Assembly (NCBI GenBank): GCA_944358895.1
Contig: CALVSB010000006.1
Coordinates: forward strand, 8,573-72,572
Reading direction: 5' to 3'
Length of the DNA stretch: 64,000 bases
Source: an uncultured Bacilli bacterium
GTDB lineage: Bacteria > Bacillota_I > Bacilli_A > RFN20 > CAG-826
Under the pieces are notes generated by a model that saw only the letters and a program-made list of their open reading frames with translations, did no database searches and had not been told where the DNA came from. Positions 44,531 to 52,780 of this stretch are shown piece by piece. Position 1 is the first letter of the stretch. Each line of letters starts with the position of its first letter. A program made the position numbers and the translations under genes.

Positions 44531-46648
44531 ATGAAACCAAAGGCTCTTTTGCTCGGGCTTGCAGCCTCGAGCCTCATCCTCGCCGGATGTGGCGGAACGA
44601 CCACTTCGGAGCAATCTTCGTCTTCGACTTCCTCTTCGGAGAGTTCTTCTTCTCTCCCGTCTTCCTCAACCCCTTCTCCCGAGGAAAGCTGGGCTGCGAC
44701 CTATGATTTGAAGACGATCGCCGAGCTTAAGACGCTAGCTGCGGGGCTCTCCGAGCCGAGCGCCGAACGCTACTATGTGGCGGCTACCGTCGACAAAGTG
44801 ACCAACCCGTCCTTCGGCGAGATGGTCATCTCTGACGAAACGGGCACCCTCGACGTCTACGGCACCTATAGCGCCGACGGCGAGACCCGCTACAGCGACC
44901 TCGAAGAGAAGCCGGTCGCCGGCGACAAGGTCCTCCTTTACGGAAATCTCCAGGAATTCAAGGGCGAGGCCGAAATCTACAGCGGCTGGATCATCGATTT
45001 CGTCCACGTCGCTCCGAGCATCGACCCCGACGATTACGAACTTTCCACCCTCGAAGAAGCCCATGCAGCCAAGGAAGGGACGACCCTCAAGGTCACGGGC
45101 ACTGTCCTCACCTTCACCTACAACGCCAGCCAGAGCCCGATCGGCATGATGATCGGCGACGCGACCGGTACCATGTACCTCTACGATTCGCAGCTCGCTC
45201 CGCAGCTGAAGCTCAACGACACCATCACCGTCGTCGCGACGAAGGACTACTGGGTCCTCGACAGTGAGGCCGCGACGGCCGAGAAGCTCGGCTACGCTGG
45301 CGCCAATCAGCTCATCAACGCCACCCTCGTCAGCAAGACCGAGAACGGCACCTTCGATTACGAGGCGGTTGCCGAGGCGACGAGCATCAAGGGCATCATT
45401 GACACGCCGTTCACCGAAGACATCACCGGCACCCTTTACAAGGTTCCGGCCCAAATCGTCAAGCAAGCGGGCAGCGGCTTCACCAACTATTACTTCAACG
45501 ACCTCGACGGGGAGACCGGAAGCTATGTCTACACCCAGGCCAACGGGAATGACTTCTCTTGGCTTGATAAGTACGACCAGCAGCTCCATTACGTCTACCT
45601 TGTCGCCCTCAACGCCAAGATGAGTTCTTCCGGCGGCATCTGGCGTTTCCTCCCGATCAAGGTTGACGAAGCGACCTATTCCTTCGATCTTAAGAACGTC
45701 CCGTCCTTCGTCCTCGACTACTACGCGATGGACCAGTTCGATGCCTCTTACATGGCCGACCCGGAGCTCGAGCTTATCACGAGCGTCGACAATACCGTTA
45801 TCCCCTTCACCGGCGCGACCATTAGCTATTCTTCCAGCGAGCCGACCCGCGTCAGCATCGACGAAGAGAATGGCAAGACCGTTCTCCATGCCCACATCGA
45901 GAACCCGGGCACGGCTGAAATCACCGTGACGGCCCACTACGACGGCGCGACCGATGCTAGCAAGAAAGTGACCATCGCCGTCGAGGATCCCTCCGAGATC
46001 CAGGCCCTTACCGTCAAGGAAGCGGTCGAAGCCGAAGTAAGCGACGAACAGATCCTCGTCCGCGGCATCGTCGGACCGAGCTGTGTCAACCAGCCGGCTT
46101 TCTACCTCATCGATGAGACAGGTGCCGTCGCTGTCCGGATGGCTGACAAGAATCTCTTCGACGGGACCTTTGAGATCGGCGACGAAGTCATCGTCCAAGG
46201 CACCCGCGACATGTGGGGTTCGAACGGCAAGCAGAGCCAGATCGTCATTTCCAACGCGACCATCTACCGGAACCTTTTCGGCGGCGACGGAACCTACCCG
46301 ACCGATAGCTTCATCTCCGGCAAGACCCTAGCCGATCTCGTGGCGATGTCGACCGACGAAACCGTCCACACGGCCGAGGTTTATCTCCTCGAAGACGTCA
46401 CCATCAGCGCCGTCATCCAAGAAAAGTTCACCCGCTACGACCTTGTCCAGGGAGAAACGAAGATGCAACTCTACAGCAGCAGCGGCTCCCAGTACGACAG
46501 CCTTCTCAAGAACTATGCCAACCAGACCGTCGACATGGAACTTGCCCTCTGCAACTGGAACAGCAAGATCACCTTCAAGGGCTGCGTCCTCTCGGTAACT
46601 GACTCCGAAGGCGTGAAGACGTACAACACTCTCAACTTCGCGGCCTAA
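44531..46648 (+). CDS. Surface lipoprotein with three OB-fold-like (YhcR/tRNA_anti-type) modules and an Ig-like domain
   Basis: Lipobox LAGC, Ser-rich linker. The pattern V.G.V......F.I.DETG...VY....GD.V.V.G occurs three times, plus a Big_2-like segment ITVTAHYDGATDASKKVTIAV. No catalytic domain recognised. Confidence 0.8.
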   Translation: MKPKALLLGLAASSLILAGCGGTTTSEQSSSSTSSSESSSSLPSSSTPSPEESWAATYDLKTIAELKTLAAGLSEPSAERYYVAATVDKVTNPSFGEMVISDETGTLDVYGTYSADGETRYSDLEEKPVAGDKVLLYGNLQEFKGEAEIYSGWIIDFVHVAPSIDPDDYELSTLEEAHAAKEGTTLKVTGTVLTFTYNASQSPIGMMIGDATGTMYLYDSQLAPQLKLNDTITVVATKDYWVLDSEAATAEKLGYAGANQLINATLVSKTENGTFDYEAVAEATSIKGIIDTPFTEDITGTLYKVPAQIVKQAGSGFTNYYFNDLDGETGSYVYTQANGNDFSWLDKYDQQLHYVYLVALNAKMSSSGGIWRFLPIKVDEATYSFDLKNVPSFVLDYYAMDQFDASYMADPELELITSVDNTVIPFTGATISYSSSEPTRVSIDEENGKTVLHAHIENPGTAEITVTAHYDGATDASKKVTIAVEDPSEIQALTVKEAVEAEVSDEQILVRGIVGPSCVNQPAFYLIDETGAVAVRMADKNLFDGTFEIGDEVIVQGTRDMWGSNGKQSQIVISNATIYRNLFGGDGTYPTDSFISGKTLADLVAMSTDETVHTAEVYLLEDVTISAVIQEKFTRYDLVQGETKMQLYSSSGSQYDSLLKNYANQTVDMELALCNWNSKITFKGCVLSVTDSEGVKTYNTLNFAA

Positions 46649-46664
46649 GCGGAATCGTGTTTGG

Positions 46665-46690
46665 GGAGGCGGGAAACCGCCTCCTTTTTC
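46665..46690 (+). terminator. Rho-independent terminator
   Basis: GGAGGCGG-GAAA-CCGCCTCC followed by T5. Confidence 0.85.
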
Positions 46691-46944
46691 TTGCTAATGA
46701 ATAGCTGAAATGGTTGCGCGCCTACATCAACGGCTTTTAAGCCGTGGTGGGCGCTTTTAAAAACAAAACAATCAATCGAATTGGCTTTTGCGGCGGATTT
46801 AGCCAAATAAGCAGATGCAGTTGATTATCTAAGAAAGCCTTTGATTTGATGAAAAGACATCGCCTTGTCTCAGCCGCTTTGCCGGGAACGATATTTACAT
46901 TGTTGATGTATGTAGAGTAAGTTAGCGGCAGCGGAGGGCCCTTT

Positions 46945-47502
46945 ATGAAAAGACACTTTGGCTTGGGATTGGCTATATTAGCTACCTTTTCGCTTGGAAG
47001 TTGCATGGGCAATTTCCTTCCTGGAAATGATGAGACTTCCTCCATCCAGGATAGCCAAGCCGTTCCTACCGCCTCTGTCCCTGAGAACATGGAAGATCGG
47101 GCCATGGTCGATGGTTCCAGTACGGTCTTCATGCTGACGGTTCCGGATTCGCTTTTCCGCGATGACGGCGTCCCGACCATTCAATTCAAATTCAACTCTG
47201 TATATCTTTACGTGGCTACTGCCGACAACTCGGCCATCGGCAGCAGCTACTTCCCCTTCGCCGGCACGTCGAGCGAAGCGGGGCAGTACTGCTCGTTCAA
47301 CGAGAAAGCCCACATGATTGAAATCAGGATTCCGACCTCGCAGCTCAAGGCCTACTACGGGCAGCTTCTTAAGGTCAATGGCCCGGATTACACCAACATG
47401 AATCTCTTTGTAGGCATGGAAGAAATCTTCGACTCCGGCGTCCATCGGACGGTAATGGTCACTGACCTCTACGTGACGCCGGAAGTCGCTGGCCTAGCCT
47501 AG
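46945..47502 (+). CDS. Small lipoprotein, function unknown
   Basis: Lipobox LGSC, GGAGGG SD, lower GC than the core genes. Confidence 0.75.
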   Translation: MKRHFGLGLAILATFSLGSCMGNFLPGNDETSSIQDSQAVPTASVPENMEDRAMVDGSSTVFMLTVPDSLFRDDGVPTIQFKFNSVYLYVATADNSAIGSSYFPFAGTSSEAGQYCSFNEKAHMIEIRIPTSQLKAYYGQLLKVNGPDYTNMNLFVGMEEIFDSGVHRTVMVTDLYVTPEVAGLA

Positions 47503-47576
47503 TTGGCTCTTGTTTAATGCCTATCCCTTGGTTTTCGTTTGCACAAATACCATCTTTAATCTAGAGTAATCGTCGT

Positions 47577-47651
47577 GCCGCCTTGGCCTAATGGCATGGC
47601 AATTGATTTGTAATCAATAGGTTGGCGGTTCGAGTCCGTCAGGCGGCACCA
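47577..47651 (+). tRNA. tRNA-Thr (anticodon TGT), CCA encoded
   Basis: Cloverleaf: acceptor GCCGCCT/AGGCGGC, anticodon arm ATTGA-TTTGTAA-TCAAT, T arm GGCGG-TTCGAGT-CCGTC. Confidence 0.93.
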
Positions 47652-47664
47652 TTACTTGAGAACG

Positions 47665-47696
47665 AGTCCGATTCCTAAAGGGAGTCGGACTTTTTT
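47665..47696 (+). terminator. Rho-independent terminator after tRNA-Thr
   Basis: 10-bp interrupted stem GTCCGATTCC/GGAGTCGGAC followed by T6. Confidence 0.85.
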
Positions 47697-47819
47697 GACA
47701 TAGCAAAAAGACTTTGTCACTTGGGATTTCATATAGTGCGTTTGGATGATAGCGGCCCCCCCATAAAGGACTCATCTCAGGCATCTGGATGGCACTCCAG
47801 AGAATTCCTTGGCTTATAC

Positions 47820-47892
47820 GTAACTTCGAAGTTACTTCAAAGTCTACTTCGAGATCACTTCAAAGTCACATTGAAGTAACTTCGTGATCGAG
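47820..47892. repeat. Iteron-like array: five ACTTC cores phased 11-12 bp apart plus two inverted GAAGT copies
   Basis: ACTTC at 47823, 47834, 47846, 47857 and 47879; GAAGT at 47828 and 47873. Includes the perfect 16-nt palindrome GTAACTTCGAAGTTAC (47820-47835). Confidence 0.6.
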
Positions 47893-47930
47893 CCTTTTTC
47901 TACCTATTTCATAATTTGTTCACAATTAAA

Positions 47931-47950
47931 AAAGGCCGCAAAACGGCCTT
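47931..47950 (-). terminator. Hairpin with minus-strand T-run (orphan terminator-like element)
   Basis: GGCCG-CAAAA-CGGCC preceded on the plus strand by A6. No intact minus-strand gene reads into it. Confidence 0.4.
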
Positions 47951-48224
47951 ATCTAATTGAAAATACCACCTATTTCGCCGGGGCAATCATTCTGAGCCTC
48001 GACCACTATGAGGCGGTCGGGGATCACTATCTTTACATTTGCCGCCTCTAGGCCGTTTACTCTGACCCGTCGATAAAGGCCCTCTTCGCCTACGACGGAT
48101 ATGGGCGGATTGCCACGGCCGACTAATTGACTGTCGAAAGAGAGAAGGCGGGGTTCCCGCTTTCTTTTTTTGCCCTTTGCTCAGCCAATGATTGCTACAA
48201 TCACGGGGAAAGGAAGGAAAAGGT

Positions 48225-48692
48225 ATGATGACTTACCGCTGGGCTAGCAAAGACGATCTCGAAGCACTTCTTTCGATCCGGATGGCTGCCTTAAAGGCCA
48301 TCTTTTCCTTCAAGAAAGACATCGATTTCGCGAGCCTCGAAAAGAGCAACCGGGCTTATTATGAACGGCACCTAGATGACGGAAGGCACGTTGCTCTGTT
48401 AGCCTGCGACGAGGAAAAGATCGTAGGCAGCGGCGCAATTTGCTTTGAGGAAGAACTCCCGTCGCCTGACAATCCGAGTGGCCGCTGCGCCTATTTCATG
48501 AACGTCTATGTCCTCCCCGAGGAGCGGGGCAAGGGCCTCGGGACCGAAATCATGAAGCGCCTTCTAGCCCGGGCGAAGGAAGAAGGAGCCGACAAGCTCT
48601 ACCTCGAGTCGACGCCTATCGGGCGGCCGATTTATTACAAACTGGGATTTGTCGACTTTCCTTACCTTCTTCATCTGCCGCCTCGCAACTAG
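48225..48692 (+). CDS. GNAT family N-acetyltransferase
   Basis: VYVLPEERGKGLGTEIMKRLLARAKEEGADKLYLES acetyl-CoA-binding block. Purine-rich SD before ATG 48225. Confidence 0.85.
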   Translation: MMTYRWASKDDLEALLSIRMAALKAIFSFKKDIDFASLEKSNRAYYERHLDDGRHVALLACDEEKIVGSGAICFEEELPSPDNPSGRCAYFMNVYVLPEERGKGLGTEIMKRLLARAKEEGADKLYLESTPIGRPIYYKLGFVDFPYLLHLPPRN

Positions 48693-48750
48693 GGGTTGCG
48701 TGCCTCTTCCTTCGCGTTCCCCTATCCTGTAGGGGAAGAGAGGCCCTGAT

Positions 48751-49398
48751 ATGACACTCGGAGAAAAGATTGCTTCCTTCCGGAAGGAAAAAGGATGGAG
48801 TCAGGAGGAACTGGCCGCCCGGCTTTTCGTGACCCGGCAAGCCGTTAGCAAATGGGAACGGGATCTTTCGGTCCCGGAACTCGATACCTTAAAACGACTG
48901 GCCTCGGAAATGGACATCAGCCTCGTTTCCCTCCTGTCTTCGAACGAGGACCATTTGGAAGAAGAACGCCCTCTTGGCTTCACCGATTTCCGCCTGACGG
49001 CGGTCTACCTTGGAATGGCGGCCATTGTTCTTGCCGTCGGAAGCGGGTTGGCCCTTCTTCCGGAAGCCCGGGAGGAGCTTCCTCTCTTGGCTATGGCTTT
49101 CGTCGTTCTTGGCCTGCTTCTCCTTGAGATTGTCTACCTTCTTCTGAGAACGGCCTTGCCTATTAAAAAGGTTCGCCTTCTTTATAATGGGAATGGACTA
49201 CGCGTTTTCACCTGGAGAGGGGAGAAAGAAATTCCTTTCACTTCTATTAGGAAGGTGGCCGCGAAGACCCATGGCAATTGGAGGCTTGGCAAACTGGTCA
49301 TCGAGACCGAGGGGCAAACTTTCGTCGTTGAATCCATTCGTAACGTTAATGACGTTAAAACGATTATCGACGAGGTTCTTTACCAAAACAAAAATTGA
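48751..49398 (+). CDS. XRE-family HTH regulator fused to two TM helices and a C-terminal domain
   Basis: LGEKIASFRKEKGWSQEELAARLFVTRQAVSKWERD HTH, then hydrophobic helices AVYLGMAAIVLAVGSGLALL and LAMAFVVLGLLLLEIVYLLL. Confidence 0.85.
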   Translation: MTLGEKIASFRKEKGWSQEELAARLFVTRQAVSKWERDLSVPELDTLKRLASEMDISLVSLLSSNEDHLEEERPLGFTDFRLTAVYLGMAAIVLAVGSGLALLPEAREELPLLAMAFVVLGLLLLEIVYLLLRTALPIKKVRLLYNGNGLRVFTWRGEKEIPFTSIRKVAAKTHGNWRLGKLVIETEGQTFVVESIRNVNDVKTIIDEVLYQNKN

Positions 49399-49672
49399 GC
49401 GTTTCCCGGCAAAAAGAAAACCACATAGCGGCCTTTTGCCGTCTTTTTTTGACAATTTGCAGAAATCCAATCACAAAGTTCGGATGGGTTTACCCAATCG
49501 AAATGCGGCTACTCGCATAGTTAAAAAATCGGAATTCACTGAGAATTTATGAATATGCCTTCCATATGAAAATTTATGAAATGGTTAGGAATCATCAAAA
49601 AAAGAAAGGAATTATTCATTTACAAAGGTCGGTTTACTGACAAGATTTAATATCGAAAAAACTAAGTTAAAA

Positions 49673-49686
49673 TGAAAGCGTTTACA
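49673..49686. promoter_or_regulatory. cre box (CcpA operator consensus) TGAAAGCGTTTACA
   Basis: Matches TGWAANCGNTNWCA at every constrained position. Lies in the AT-rich region upstream of the galactan locus. Confidence 0.5.
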
Positions 49687-49800
49687 TGGAAAAATTCTTT
49701 AAATTAACCGGCATTTATCCGGAAATTCCTCATGTTTTGCCGGGGCATAGCCATTGTTTATATATTTATAAAAGATGACACACATATAAATTAATCTTTT

Positions 49801-49814
49801 TGAAAGCCCTTTCA
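49801..49814. promoter_or_regulatory. Palindrome TGAAAG-CC-CTTTCA, cre-like (central CG replaced by CC), 34 nt upstream of the AraC-type gene
   Basis: Perfect 6-bp arms and one mismatch to the cre consensus. Confidence 0.35.
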
Positions 49815-49847
49815 TGTTTTTGAATACGCTCGGCAAAAGGAGAACGA

Positions 49848-50660
49848 ATGGCGTACGAAAACGATGCGGCTAGTTATATCGAACTCTCCCTCCACGAGTG
49901 CGGAAGAGAAGAATGCCTGCCGGACAAAACCTTCCATTTCACCCCGAAGGAGTATCACCTCTTTCACTATGTCCTGCGCGGGAAGGGCATCTTCAGCTAC
50001 AAGGGCTACACCTACAAGCTGAAGCGGGGCGACATCTTTTATATCCCCCCGCGCGAGGTTCCGACCTACCGCCCCGACCCGAGCGACCCTTGGACCTATG
50101 AGTGGATCGGCATCGGCGGAAGCCGAGCGGCCGAGCTGATCGAGAAAGCCCACATCTCGGCTTCGAAACCGGTCTTCCATGACGAGACCCTCGTCTACAA
50201 GACCCACTTCGACGCGATTGCCAACGAGTATCTCTCCAAAGGCAAGCTCAACCTCTATTGCCTCGGGCAGGTCTATTCCCTCTTCGGACGTCTCTTCGGC
50301 AACGAGCTTACCTCGGCCGACCCGACGGTTCAGAAAACGGCCCACCTTCTCGCGGCCAAGGAATACATCCACAACAACTACCAATTCGACATCAGCGTCG
50401 ACGACATCGCCAAGAACGTCGGCATCACCGCCAACTACCTCTCCAGCCTCTTCAATGCCTTCGAGGGCATGTCGACCAAGTTCTATCTCACCAAGGTCCG
50501 GATGGAAGTGGCAGCGACCATCCTCCGTTCCGGGGCTTACCTCATCAAGGATGCCGGCGCCATGGTCGGCTACAAGAACCAACTTCACTTCTCGAGCGAG
50601 TTCCGCAAGTACTACGGAATGTGCCCGAGCGAATTTGCCAAAAAGGAGAAAAAACAATGA
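49848..50660 (+). CDS. AraC family transcriptional regulator (cupin sensor + HTH)
   Basis: N-terminal cupin-like GDIFYIPP and C-terminal ISVDDIAKNVGITANYLSSLF...FRKYYGMCPSEF AraC-type HTH. Confidence 0.9.
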   Translation: MAYENDAASYIELSLHECGREECLPDKTFHFTPKEYHLFHYVLRGKGIFSYKGYTYKLKRGDIFYIPPREVPTYRPDPSDPWTYEWIGIGGSRAAELIEKAHISASKPVFHDETLVYKTHFDAIANEYLSKGKLNLYCLGQVYSLFGRLFGNELTSADPTVQKTAHLLAAKEYIHNNYQFDISVDDIAKNVGITANYLSSLFNAFEGMSTKFYLTKVRMEVAATILRSGAYLIKDAGAMVGYKNQLHFSSEFRKYYGMCPSEFAKKEKKQ

Positions 50661-52777
50661 AGATCAGGCAAATGATTCCCCTCCTCTCCCTTGCCGCGGC
50701 GATGCTGCTCGCCGGCTGCAACGGCGAGACCCCCACGAGCGGCGCGTCGTCCGTCAGCGAGACGGCTGGCTCCTCGACGGCGGAAAGCGATCGGAAAATC
50801 GCCTTCGCTTACGATGACGTCACTTTTGAAAACACCTACGGCGACAAGACAAATGCCGAAGAACACGACTACGAAGGCCTCATCGTCAATCCGCTCACGA
50901 ACAAACTGCGCGACGATTTTGCCTACGGGGTCGATGCCTCGATGATCGGCGAAGTCGAGCGCCTCGGCGGCGTCTTCTACAACGAAGACGGCAAAGAGCA
51001 GGATATCTTCCAAATCCTGGCCAATGACGGCGTCAATTTCTTCCGGGTCCGCCTTTGGAACAAGCCGAGTGACCGTTTCCGCCGCGGCTTCGGCGGCGGC
51101 AACAACGACGCTGCGACCGACATCGAGCTCTGCAAGCGGGCTCAAGCGGTGGGCATGAACATCTGCGTCGACTTCCACTATAGCGACTTCTGGGCCGATC
51201 CCGACAAGCAGCAGATTCCCCAGGAATGGCAAGCCTACGACGCGGACGAAATCCCTGACCTCCTCCACGATTTCACGGTCGATACCTTGAATGAATTCAA
51301 GGAAGCGGGCGTCGAGGTCGACGCCGTCCAGATCGGCAATGAGATCAACAACGGCATGATGGGCCGTTACGGGACGATCGACTGGAACAACATGGACGAG
51401 AGCTTCGAGTACATCTCCTCGCTCCTCAAAAGCGGCATCCAGGGCATGAAGGAAGTCTTCCCGGACGCCTACTCGATCATCCACCTCGCGAACGGGACGA
51501 ACGCCGACGAGTTCGAAACCTACTTCTCTTACCTCGACAAGAACGGCGTCGACTACGACATCGTCGGGGCCTCGTATTACCCGGCCCTCACCGGCGACCT
51601 CTCCCGCCTCCAGGAAAACCTCGACAACATTTCCGAGAAGACCGGCCACCCGGTCATGGTGATGGAAACCTCCTGGGGCTTCACCGACGACTATGTCGAC
51701 GGAGTGACCGCTAACTCCTATTCCTCCGAGGACGAGGATACGGGCGGCTACCTTACTTCCGAGCAGGCCCAGGCTACCTCCCTCCGCGACGTCCTCGACG
51801 TCCTCAGCAAGGTGCCCGATCAAATGGGTCTCGGCTGCTTCTACTGGGAACCCTGCTGGCTCCCGGTGAGCAAGGATGGCGAGGTTGCCGGCTGGGCCAC
51901 CAAGTACGGCCAAAGCTATGCCGACTACGGCGACACGAGCCACAATTCCCTCTATACCGACGGACTCGCCAATTGGTCCAATCAAGGCTGGTTCTCCTAT
52001 TCGGGCAAGGAACTCGCCTCGGCCAAGGTCTATCGCCTTATCCAGGAAGGCGGGGCCAACCTGACGGAGGAAACCTCCCTCTCGGCCCGGGCCACGACCT
52101 ACGCGGCCACCATCAACCTCGCGGCTGACGAAACCCTTCCGACGACCGGCAAGGTCGTGACCAACCTCGACGCCATCCGCGACGCCGAAGTCGTCTGGAA
52201 CGAAGAAGAGGCGGCTGCCTGCGTCGAAGTCGGCGAATACATCGTCCATGGCCTTCTCGACGGCCAATACGAAGTTACCCTCAATGCCGAGTGCATCGAG
52301 AACTACATCGTCGACCCGGGTTTCGAGCTCCAGGGCGGGAACGACGCCCTCAAGGATCCTTGGACGATCCGGAGTGTTACCCCGGAGGGCAACAAGATCG
52401 TGAAACTCGACCGGAAGAGCGACACCCGGACCGGGACGACCGACCTCAACTGGTACTACGGAGCCGGCGACTTCACCTTCGACTTCTACCAGAGCATCGA
52501 AGACATGCCGGCCGGGACCTACGACCTCACGACCTACATCCTCGCCCCGAGCCAAAGCGAATTCGCCCAGACCCTCACCCTCTACGTGAAGATCGACGGC
52601 GTCGAGACGACCTTTGACCTCTCCCCGCTCTGCGTCGGGTGGGGCAGCGGCTATCAGGAAGCCAACCTCCTCGGCCTCGAAATCGAGGAAGGGGCGGACA
52701 TCGAAGTCGGGATCCGCGGCGAGTGCGCCAGCGCCGCTTGGGCCCATAACGACGACTGGAAACTCATCAGGAGATAA
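50657..52777 (+). CDS. Lipoprotein GH53 endo-beta-1,4-galactanase with C-terminal carbohydrate-binding-like extension
   Basis: Lipobox LAGC. GVDASMIGEVE, FFRVRLWNKP, DFHYSDFWADPDKQ, VQIGNEINNG (acid/base Glu) and VMVMETSWGF (nucleophile Glu). The ATG overlaps the AraC-type stop. Confidence 0.9.
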   Translation: MKIRQMIPLLSLAAAMLLAGCNGETPTSGASSVSETAGSSTAESDRKIAFAYDDVTFENTYGDKTNAEEHDYEGLIVNPLTNKLRDDFAYGVDASMIGEVERLGGVFYNEDGKEQDIFQILANDGVNFFRVRLWNKPSDRFRRGFGGGNNDAATDIELCKRAQAVGMNICVDFHYSDFWADPDKQQIPQEWQAYDADEIPDLLHDFTVDTLNEFKEAGVEVDAVQIGNEINNGMMGRYGTIDWNNMDESFEYISSLLKSGIQGMKEVFPDAYSIIHLANGTNADEFETYFSYLDKNGVDYDIVGASYYPALTGDLSRLQENLDNISEKTGHPVMVMETSWGFTDDYVDGVTANSYSSEDEDTGGYLTSEQAQATSLRDVLDVLSKVPDQMGLGCFYWEPCWLPVSKDGEVAGWATKYGQSYADYGDTSHNSLYTDGLANWSNQGWFSYSGKELASAKVYRLIQEGGANLTEETSLSARATTYAATINLAADETLPTTGKVVTNLDAIRDAEVVWNEEEAAACVEVGEYIVHGLLDGQYEVTLNAECIENYIVDPGFELQGGNDALKDPWTIRSVTPEGNKIVKLDRKSDTRTGTTDLNWYYGAGDFTFDFYQSIEDMPAGTYDLTTYILAPSQSEFAQTLTLYVKIDGVETTFDLSPLCVGWGSGYQEANLLGLEIEEGADIEVGIRGECASAAWAHNDDWKLIRR

Positions 52778-52780
52778 ACC

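Noticed and set aside
46737-47180. 147-aa minus-strand ORF overlapping the start of the small lipoprotein gene.
   Set aside because: It overlaps a plus-strand gene that has an SD and a lipobox. It runs through an AT-rich intergenic region without start signals, and its product looks like random sequence.
47820-47892. Possible CRISPR array or minisatellite.
   Set aside because: The units are only 11-12 nt, with no unique spacers and no cas genes. The structure fits protein-binding iterons or inverted repeats better.
47577-49398. An intact genomic island or prophage integrated at tRNA-Thr.
   Set aside because: No integrase, excisionase or phage genes, and no direct repeat of the tRNA 3' end within the window. 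Only scar-like features are reported.
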